Shown here one piece after another: positions 18,012 through 27,689 of a stretch of DNA of 64,000 bases. How positions within the stretch are numbered: position 1 is the stretch's first letter; every line of letters starts with the position of its first letter. The DNA is from Eledone cirrhosa (taxonomy: Eukaryota). The stretch is taken from the NCBI GenBank assembly GCA_964016885.1, contig OZ024742.1:24924001-24988000 (forward strand), in the 5' to 3' direction. The translations under genes were made by a program, and so were the position numbers. The notes beneath the pieces were generated by a model that searched no databases, was not told the origin of the DNA, and was given only the letters and a program-made list of their open reading frames with translations.

Positions 18012-18312
18012 GAAAGAATAACAAGAGAATTCACAGGCATCAAAACATTTATTTGTCATATATTTTTTTAATGAAAATTATAACCGATAATATTTACATA
18101 TCGGTTAATTAATTTTCCTCAAGTTCATCAGGAGTAAGCAAATGAGTGAAAATGTCCCTAGGAGTGGGAATAAAAGACTTATGAGAATTAACAGGAGAAG
18201 TAGTCATATTTAAAAGTGTTCAGTAGTACAGATATAAATGATTTGATCCTTGCATGTTCATTCCTTATTCTTTCAATACATATTTATGCTCTGTGATGCA
18301 AATTTGGATAAT

Positions 18313-19240
18313 ACCTTCTGTTGAATTAAGTAACAGTATGTTGTCTCCAAATTCCAGCCAACTGATTTTACACCCATCAGTCATGACACCACTTCCAACC
18401 CGGGTGCATGTGTTTATTTTGTTCATGTAAATAATTGTTTCTACTTTAGGCACAAGGCCAGCAATTACCCAGTGTATTACTGGTACTTTATTTTATCGAC
18501 CCCGTAAGGATGAAAGGCAAAATCAACCTCGCCGGGATTTGAACGCAGATCGTAAAGGGACGTAACTATGCTGGAAAGCATGGCATCCGACTCTCTACCG
18601 ATACTGCAGTGTCACCCTTGGCAGAGGCCGACTCCCATATTGAATGGATTTGATGTAGAGCCATTTATTCAAACAAAAATACATGGGCATTCATATAGAG
18701 ACATCAGGGGAGCTAGAGGCTAACCATCGATCCCATACTCCTGCACAACATTGCACAGCAGGTCCTGAGGAATACAGTCATATACCTTTTCAAGGTCAAC
18801 GAAACATGATCTCCGACTTGCACATAATAGGTTTGATGCCAAGTGCTGCATGGCTAAAATGAAAATCGTGAAGCGGAAACTGAGACACTCATCCTCGCAA
18901 GGAAGCCTGCACAGTGCAGTCTACATGTGAATGGAGTTCCACTGATGCAGGTACAAAAAGTTTAAGCATCTTGGGGCCATGTTCATGAGTGATGGAAGAC
19001 AGGAGGCTGAATTCAGTGCAAGAATTGCGGGAGCTGGTGCAGTAATGCACTTGCTTCAGCACACAATCATCAGAAGAAGGGAAGTATGTGTAAAAGCCAA
19101 ACTCATTATCTTCAATTCGGTATTTATGCCAACCTATGGTCATGAATCTTGGGTAATGACCAAAAGAATATGGTCGTGAATACAAGAAGCCGAAATGAGG
19201 TTCCTCCGAAGGTTCTTGGGAGTAATATTACTTGATAGAG
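18313..19240 (+). mobile_element. RTE-clade (Rex3/Expander-like) LINE fragment with inverted 5' part and nested SINE
   Basis: Minus 18808->18313 encodes CFVDLEKVYD...GVGLCQG...MNKI...LEFGDNILLLNSTEG; plus from 18808 encodes DLRLAHNRF...FKHLG...PTYGHESW...AEMRFLRR. Stops and frameshifts present. Confidence 0.85.
18431..18607 (-). mobile_element. tRNA-derived SINE, family A, inserted in the RTE
   Basis: Reverse strand GCAGTATCGGTAGAG...GTTCAAATCCC...GCCTTTCATCCTTACGGGGTCGATAAAATAAAGTACCAG...AGAAACAATTAT; more than 10 homologous copies in the window. Confidence 0.85.
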
Positions 19241-19271
19241 TATATATAAATGTATGTGTGTGCGTAAGTAT

Positions 19272-19321
<50 letters not shown>

Positions 19322-19647
19322 TATGCATATACCATTTTTAATCAAGTTTCATCTGATTTATTGTATTTTATTTCAGTCAAGCTTCTCTGCTTCAGCTCCC
19401 TAGAGCTCACTCTTCTTACCTTACCTTAAATTAAATGCACTACAAAGATAGAAAAAAAGAAATAATAAAAAAAATCTATACAATCCACTATACATATATA
19501 CAGGTTGAATCAAAGCAAATCATCTAATTTCAAAAGGCTGTATTTTTTAAACAAATGAACATATAATCTTGTGGTAACTTGAACAATACAACTGAATGTA
19601 AAGCTTTATTCATTTTTATAAATTTTCAATGAAGTATATAGAGCCGT

Positions 19648-20445
19648 ATCCTCTGCCTCCCTCACTGTATTTGTCACCAAAACTATGTCGTCAGCAAATT
19701 CAGCATCCGATATCTTTTTCGCCTTAACTCTCCTGCTCTGAGCCGGTGCTACAGTAAAGCCAGAGTCCTGGTGTTTCTCCAGTGCAAGGCGCATACAATA
19801 GTCCACTACAATGATAAAAAGGTAGGGAGCCAATGTATCGCCATGGTGCACTCCAGCCAATATCTCAAAGAATTCTGTCATCCCATCAGGAGGTTGAGAC
19901 TGTATCGATGAGTGTGTGGCTGAGAATGAATGAGACTAAAACAAAATATCTGGTAGAGAATGTTGAGAAGCCAGCGGGGATTACTAATGTAGGCAGGAAG
20001 CCGCTAGATTTGGTTGAGGACTTCCTGTATTTGGGAGCAAAGTTGGGGAATATGGAAGATGATGTGGTTGAGAGGAAGAGCAAAGCCTGGGCGGCGTGCC
20101 ACAGCTTGAGATTAGGTGTGGAAGTCGGACCTTCGTAAAGAACTGAAAATCCGCCTCTTCATTGCTGTAGTGGAGTCTGTGCTGCTGTACGGGTCTGAGA
20201 CTTGGACACTGACCAAGAAACTCACTCAGATGGTTGATGGGTGCTACATGAGAATGCTGAGGATGGCTCTGAACATTAATCACTATACACTTAGGATGAA
20301 AAACTCAGAGCTGTATGGGAGCCTCCCAAAAGTCAGCTCAAAAGTGACACAGAGGAGATTGAGGTTAGCTGGACATGCTCACCGACCTCCAGAGTTGACA
20401 TTGAACTCGTCCATGGATCTCGGGATTTTACCCGCCCTAGATGAG
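19648..20445 (+). mobile_element. RTE-clade LINE (second family), 5'-truncated with inverted 5' part
   Basis: Minus ORF 19606-19881 GVHHGDTLAPYLF...EFADDIVLV; plus ORFs 19833-20451 EDFLYLG...VESVLLYGSETW...RRLRLAGH; 3' end homologous to 38499-38730. Confidence 0.88.
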
Positions 20446-21571
20446 GGATAGAGCTGTATGTATGCACGTATATATGTATATATGGGTTGCTGTATGCATT
20501 TCAAGTAAAGCAAAAATGCTCAAATCTAAAACTGAGTTTGTTTATCTTATTAAAGGTTTAAACTGCTTTCATGATTACTCCAAGTTTTACATTTCTGATT
20601 ATTCAAATGATTGCAGAATTTAAGCAGTTTGAGAACATAAAGTGAAAATATTTGTAAACACATTGATCAAGATTTGATGGGCTCCCAAAATTCTTTCAGA
20701 AAGCACATCACATTTCAATTCAATTCTAATCAACAGTTACATGCAGAACATGCTACATAATCACATATTCACATGCAAAATTCATATTTTCAGAAACTTG
20801 ATAAATAAACATTTTCCTCATAAATAATAATTGTCTTAAGATCTTTAATAGAAATTGAATTAAGAGGATCTACATTTAAGTAGAAAAAAAAACCTTAGCT
20901 ACTTCCATAGTTAGAACAAATAAGAAAACATACATTTCTATTATGAATGTTTTCTATTTAATTACAGAGTTATTACAACATTGAATTAACAACACCTTAC
21001 TAGTATTGCAGCTAACTGCGCACTCAGTTGAAATCTCACTGTGGTTAACTGTTGCCTTTCATCCTTTTGAGGTTGATAAAGTACCACTACTGAGCACAAT
21101 TCTTTTCTCTCTTTAACACTTTCTTTCATCCTTTCTCTATCTTTCTCTGGAGGAAAACAGATTTGACTCAACTTGGAGAGGGATGGGTTCTGGCCAGGTT
21201 TAAAGTCAATAAGACATTCTGTGTGGGGATAAGGGGCCCATATGAATCCATCAGAAGTGAAGGGCCCTTTATTCCTTTCCTTCTCTTTAAACCATTTTCT
21301 CTAGGGTTCAGCAATTATTTGTTTTTTGATAAAGCAGTACTATGATTTTTGTAAAATTCATACATATGTTATCGTTTTTCAGGTTCAATTGTCAACTATT
21401 TTTTCAATGATTTCCATGTGGATGTTCCTGGTTGTGCCTTGCACACATGAGATAGTGATAGGATTCACAAGACACACAAGTCCAACCTCTGTTTATAGTT
21501 TAACACATAACTACCAATTAAATCAATACAGAATGTTGGAGAGTAATATGACATAAATATTAGGCCTGAAC

Positions 21572-21743
21572 ATAATTGTTTCTATTTTAGGCACAAGGCC
21601 AGTGCATTACTGGTACTTTATTTTATCGACCCCCGTAAGGCAAAGTCAACCTCGGCGGGATTTGAACTCAGATTGTAAAGGGACGTAACTATGCTGGAAA
21701 GCATGGCGTCTGACCCTCTACCGATACTGCCAATCCACCATCC
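21572..21743 (-). mobile_element. SINE family A
   Basis: Closely similar to 18431-18607 and 62343-62515. Confidence 0.85.
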
Positions 21744-21774
21744 AAGGTCTGAACATCTCTCTCGCTCTCCCCTC

Positions 21775-21945
21775 TTCTATTATAAGCTAACAGGGGCCCT
21801 CGAGCTGGCTGCCCTTGCAGACAGAATAGAGAAGATGTTTTCCTAGGTGATGGTGAGAGAGACACGTTGGAAGAGCCATTCCAACTTGTGAGGCTCACAC
21901 CTGCAGGTAGCCAACTCCATGCCTCAGTTTTAGTAAAGAAAATGA
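21775..21945 (-). mobile_element. 3' fragment of CRE-like non-LTR retrotransposon
   Basis: Minus translation ..EPHKLEWLFQRVSLTIT*ENIFSILSA matches the CRE-type C-terminal QR.S..(I/L)Q.GNA.SIL motif; homologous to 29830-30020. Confidence 0.55.
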
Positions 21946-22799
21946 CCTTAACACACATGTGTTATCTGCAACATATATACTTTTCTTCATATATACTTTT
22001 CAACATATATACTTTTCTGCAACATATATACTTTTCTTTATACTTTTCTTCATACATTAGCACTAAGTGAAACCGATTGTCACAACGTCACTGGAACATA
22101 TTGAGAAGTCCAAACAACAAAGGTTCACAATATATTTGGTATCTTTTCATAAAATATATCCTGAGGTGAAACATAATAAAGAAGCGAAGAGACAAACAAA
22201 TAATATTGAGATATAAAAGAAAAAAGAAATATTTTACTAGTATATATAAGAATACTTATAGATGTAGACAGTAACACCAGACATTATAAAACCTCCAGGC
22301 TCTGAAATTCACAAAATCAAACACACCAATAAACAACATATACTAGGAATAAGTTATGCACTCATTTGTGAGAGTGTGGGTATAAATATAATATGTTGTT
22401 CTTTGATATATATATATATGTTATTCTTATATATAGATATATATATATATATATATATATACATAATACATATATATATATATATATATAGTAATAATAA
22501 TAAATTTGAAGACTAAAATCCAAAGAGGGAACGTTTCCACGAACCAAAGTATCATCTTCCTGTCTTCCTCCGGTTGCAACGTTTTTTGAAATATTCACTT
22601 CTGCGTTCACAGATTGACTTTGTTAGTTTCAGAAGATCCTGTTAAGGGTGAAAGCACCGATTCTTTGCTTAAACTTTAATCTGTTATTTTAATAAATATA
22701 TATATATATATATATATTGTTATACTTGGGGAGGATCCTATTGTTGTAATAATATTGCCAGAATTAATAACAGAACACCTCGCAAAACTATATATATAT

Positions 22800-23105
22800 A
22801 TCATCATCATCATCATCATCAACGTTTAACGTCCGTGTTCCACGCTTGCATGGGTTTGGACGGGGGTAGTCCCACTTGAGGCAAGAGTGATTGTCTTGCT
22901 CGCACAGGACTGTCTGGCAGGTTTTCTACAGTTGGATGCCCTTCCTAACACCAACCACATTTACAGTGTGGCTCTGGGAGGTTTTTACCGTGTTGCCTAC
23001 ACGGCCACATTACAGCGTGGACTGTGTGTTTTTTTGTCGTGACACCTACACGATCTCATTTGTTTCGGCCTGGATGGCGCGGCACCAACATAACTTTACA
23101 TAGAA
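22800..23105 (-). mobile_element. Family C SINE or 3' UTR of the adjacent RTE, with (GAT)n tail
   Basis: Reverse GGTTGGTGTTAGGAAGGGCATCCAACTGTAGAAAAC...CCCATGCAAGCGTGGAACACGGACGTTAAACGTTGATGATG; close copy at 44722-44945. Confidence 0.75.
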
Positions 23106-23198
23106 CGGGGTGGTGTGGATGGGGTGGGGGTGGTGGTGGTGGGACGGGGTGTATTTTGTTAGAGATGCCTACTGGCTGGAGTAGGTTTTACTATATAT

Positions 23199-24632
23199 TT
23201 AGGTAAGGCGGGTCTTCTCTGTTACTGAGTACCGCCAAAGGTCTCGGTCCAGTGACATTGTCTTGGAGAGGTGTAAGTGTGTGATGTCGGAGTTTATCAG
23301 CTCGTCCCAGGTTTTTCTAGGTCTGCCTATTCCGTGACTACCGTCTATCTTTATTGCCCTGCACTTTGTTATACAGCTATCGACTTTCATGCGCATCATG
23401 TGTCCATACCAACGTAGCCTTCTCTCGAGTAAACAACATCTGATCCCTCTTATCTCTAATTTTTTCCTTAGTTCGTTTATGCTTTGCCATTCACGTATAT
23501 TACTGTTACACATCCAGCGGAGCATGCAAGCTTCGTTCCTCTCTAGTCTGCGTATATCCTCTGCACACAATGCCCAGGTCTCACTGCCATGCAGCATTGC
23601 TGTTCGTATGCAGGCATCGTACAACCTGCCTTTCATTTTTAGGGAGAACCCTTTAGCAGCTAATAGTGGTATAAGCTCTCTGAACTTTTTCCAACCAGTT
23701 CTGACTCTAGCTACAGTACTTTCAGAGCACCCTCCCCCACTGCTGATTTTATCGCCCAGGTAACGGAAGCTGTCCACTATTTCTATAGAACCCTCTGCGC
23801 AATTGAAAGAGCTAGTATTCTGTGGGCACTTGCTGCTACTTATTGCACCAGAACACCGGCCACATGTAAAATCTATGTTCTTAGTTAGCTTACCTGTGAT
23901 CCCACTACATCTTTTATGCACCCATACTTTGCATTTAGGACATAAAATGGAGTTTCTACCTACGCATTTCCTACACACCGAGCACGACCATTTCCCAGAA
24001 GGGATCGCCGCCTTGTTTTCTTTCCTACAAACTAGAACTTTGGTCTTAGCCAGGTTAATTTTAAGTCCTTTTGACTCTAGGCCGTGCTTCCATGTTTGGA
24101 ATTTCTTCTCTAGCTCGGCCATTGATTCCGCTATGAGTGTCAGGTCGTCTGCGTATAGGAGTTCCCATGGGCAGCCTGTCTTGAACTCCTCTGTTATAGC
24201 CTGAAGGGCAATAATAAATAGTAGGGGGCTGAGAACAGAGCCCTGATGGACGCGAACTTTTACGCTAAACTCTTCACTATATTCATTGTTAATTCTAACC
24301 TTGCTGACTGTTTCTTTATACATGGCTTGTATAGCCCTCACAAGCCATTCGTCAACGCCTAGTTTTCTAAGAGCCCACCAGATAATGGAGCGGGGGACTC
24401 TGTCGAAGGCTTTCTCCAAGTCGACAAAAGCTAAGTAGAGGGGTTTACCTTTAGCTAGGTACTTCTCCTGTAGTTGTCGTACTATGAAAAGAGCGTCTGT
24501 GGTACTTTTGCCTTACACAAACCCGAACTGCATTTCATCTAGGTCAATTCTCTCTCTGATTAGTTGCGCTATTACTTTTTCCGTGACCTTCATGACCTGG
24601 TCGATTAATTTAATGCCTCTATAGTTACTCCT
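23199..24632 (-). mobile_element. RTE-clade LINE ORF fragment: RT plus PHD-type finger, 5'-truncated
   Basis: NYRGIKL, QFGF, AFVDLEKAFDRVPR, VHQGSVLSPLLF, LLYADD, FRYLG, LHGSETW, RRLRWYGH, GRPRKTW; 406-aa open frame 23199-24419 with one stop upstream. Confidence 0.93.
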
Positions 24633-24881
24633 ATATATATATAACCATATACAAACATTATACAGAAGACACAATATTTAGAAGTAGGGACAATAAACAA
24701 TAATAGGATATTTTTCATAAACATAATAGCCACGGACATGTCCAAACACATACATATACACACCAAATAAAGAATAAAAATATTGTATATATATAACCAA
24801 AAAATGATCATCCCCTTCAAAATTTGAAGAAGAGAAGACATAATTTACATTCACACACACACACGCACGCACACCCGCACG

Positions 24882-24913
<32 letters not shown>

Positions 24914-24944
24914 CACACACACACATATGTTTGTGTGTCTGTGT

Positions 24945-25290
24945 GTATCCCGGGTTCAATCGGGGGTAACCACAGTAAGTAAGGTACTTAATACATAGCA
25001 GAGTATAAATATTTAATATAGAAATGACTTCTAATAGGACTAGAACTGTTTCATTCGAAGGAAATCATCTGACTGTCAATGCGTTATGGTGGTATTTATA
25101 CATTTTCTGGTTGCAGGGGGAGGTGGTGATTGGGATGGGTGGAGGTCATTGGCTGATGGGTTTAAAGAATGGGGATTCTTTGAAAAAACTATACTTAGAG
25201 AAAAATACACCATAACCCAGTCGGCTTTCCTGATGATTTCCTTTGAATGAAACTGTTCTAGTCCTGTAGAAGCCATTTCTATATTAAACA
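24945..25290. mobile_element. Short Penelope-like (pLTR-type) remnant with ~58-bp inverted repeats and hammerhead-like motif
   Basis: 25012-25069 is the imperfect reverse complement of 25232-25288; CTGATGA...GAAAC core at 25230-25253; flanked by CA/TA microsatellites. Confidence 0.55.
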
Positions 25291-25294
25291 CACA

Positions 25295-25330
<36 letters not shown>

Positions 25331-25439
25331 CATAAATAAGTGTGAACCTAATAAACCTTTATTTGTCTGCCTCTCTGTTTTGTTCCCGTATAAATTTGCA
25401 CTATATATATATATATATGTACTTAGTGTCACTAATGAT

Positions 25440-26897
25440 CAGAAAAAGGAGGCCTGGAAATGTTATTATGAGAGGCTGATGAATGTGGAGAATGAATGGG
25501 AGAGAGAGAAACTACCCCCAGTAGGATGGATCAGGTTATGAAAGTGGCAGAAAGAATATTAGCGCAACTAATTAGAGAAAGGGTCAAACTAAATGAGATG
25601 CAGTTTGGTTTTGTGCCTGGGAAAAGTACAACAGGTGCCCTCTTCTTAGTGAGACAACTACAAGAGAGGTTCTTAGAGAAGAACAAGCCACTATACTTAG
25701 CTTTTGTTGACCTAGAGAAAGCCTTTGTGAGGACATTGCAAGCTTTGTACAGAGGTGCTGTCAATAAAATGAGGGTAGGAATGAAGTTTAGGGAGGAATT
25801 CCAGATGCAAGTAGGAGTACATCAGGGTTTGGTCCTCAGCCCACTCTGTTCATTATAGTCCTCCAAGCCATAACAAAGGAGTTTCAGACTGGTTGCCTAT
25901 GGGAACTTCTCTATGCTGATGATCTGGTTCTTATAGCAGAATCAGTAGAGGAGCTAGAGAATAAATTCTGGCTATAGAAACAGCAGTTGGAATTAAGAGG
26001 ACTGAGAGTGAACCTACCTAAGACAAAAGTGTAAAGTAGAAAAGAAGACAACACTCTGATTCCGTCAGGGAAATGGCCATGTTCAATATGTAGAAAAGGA
26101 ACTAGCATAAATTCTATAAAATGTACACAATGCAGATCTTGGATACACAAGAGATGTAGTGGGATAGCAGGAAAACCAACAGGTAGGGAAAAATACATAT
26201 GCAGTAGATGTACATGGAAATTTGACAGTAGAAGTTGCAGTGATAGACTCATTTTTCAAATGCAGGTAGGATCTATAGAAGTGGTTGAGAGCTTCCGGTA
26301 CCTAGGCGATAAGATTAGTATGAGAGGGGAGTGTTCTGAGGCGATAGTATCTAGAATAAGGACGGGTTGGAAGAAGTTTAAGGAGCTGCTTCCTCTGCTG
26401 ACAAAGAAGGGTTTCTCCCTGCATACGAAAGTCTGGTTATATGATGCCTGTGTGAGATGCGCGATGTTGCATGGTAGTGAGACATGGGCAGCAACTACAG
26501 AGGATACGCGATGGCTGGAGAGAAATGAAGCAATCATGCTCTGTTGGATGTGCAATGTTAATGTGCATGAATGACCAAGCATAGATGAGTTGAGAGAGAA
26601 ACTCTGTATACGAGGGATAAGTTGTAGTGTGTGGGAGAGAAGACTGCGATGGTATGGACATGTGATGCGCATGGAGGATGACCGCTGGCTAAAGAAGTGC
26701 CAAGAATTTCCATTAGAAGGAAGACGCAGTAGAGGAAGACCTTAAAAACATGGGCGGAGGTGGTGAGAGCGGACGTAAGATCGCTGAAGCTCACAGAGGA
26801 GATGACGAAGGACCGTGACAAGTGGAGAGATGTTGTGCTTAATAGGGCCCATCCCACCATTGGAAGCAGGGAAAAGCAGACATAAAATGATGATGAT
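25440..26897 (+). mobile_element. RTE-clade LINE with PHD-type finger, decayed; related to 23199-24632
   Basis: QFGFVPGKSTT, AFVDLEKAF, VHQG.VLSP, LLYADD, WPCSIC..CTQC..IHKRC..CSRC, FRYLG, LHGSETW; stops, frameshifts and internal deletions; (GAT)n tail. Confidence 0.9.
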
Positions 26898-26989
26898 ATA
26901 CACGCGTGCGCACACACACATATATATATAATCATCATTTCTGTTTAATGGCCACTTTTCCATGTTAGCATGGGTTATACATTTATATA

Positions 26990-27028
<39 letters not shown>

Positions 27029-27029
27029 T

Positions 27030-27247
27030 GGTCGTGGAGGCGCCACGGAAAAAAGCACCCACCACTCACTGTAAATGAGGTTGATGTTAGGAAGGGCATC
27101 CAGCTGTAGAAATCAAGCCAAAATCAGTTCCTGTATGAGCAAGGCATGGTCAGCCGACCAGACACTGCCCACAACAGGACAACCCATCTAACCCATGCTA
27201 GCATGGAAGAACGGACGTAAAACGGTGATGATGATGATGATGATGAT
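27030..27247 (+). mobile_element. SINE family C
   Basis: AGGAAGGGCATCCAGCTGTAGAAATC...ACCCATGCTAGCATGGAAGAACGGACGTAAAACGGTGATGATG; closely similar to 31760-31945. Confidence 0.8.
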
Positions 27248-27552
27248 ATATATATATATTCCATCCTATCATAAATGGCAGTAAATATATTTATTATACT
27301 TAGATAAACTGTAAAATCAAATATGTCTGTGTGAATTTCATATCTTTCGAATATCATGAATATAGTTTTATATTTTTAATAATTTATTTGCTTCAAAGTC
27401 TACAAAGTATCTGAGATTCAATTAAAAAATAACTGTTTTATTTGTAAATTTTTGTGTGATTTTACATGGCTAAAATGAGTTTCTACAGACGATGTTTGAT
27501 AAAGTCACTAACAAGTACAACTCTGAAATATGTTGGAATATTTTCATTTAAA

Positions 27553-27683
27553 TATAATAATAATATAATAATGAAATTATTGTGTACAGTGCTCAGGTGC
27601 ACTACAACTCACCAAAGGTGCATGTATAGTACATAGAATAATGTACAAATGTCAGGAAAATAAACAGTGTATGAGTCATGATA
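27553..27683 (-). mobile_element. Additional CR1 3' UTR and tail (sister subfamily)
   Basis: Paralogous to 27695-27812 but closer to 33545-33663. Confidence 0.75.
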
Positions 27684-27689
27684 TAATAA

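Noticed and set aside
19497-19640. TACAGGTTGAATCAAA as a Tc1/mariner-like terminus
   Set aside because: No matching second TIR found.
23199-26897. The two divergent PHD-RTE copies as one inverted duplication
   Set aside because: They cover the same consensus region but differ extensively in sequence, so independent insertions are more likely.
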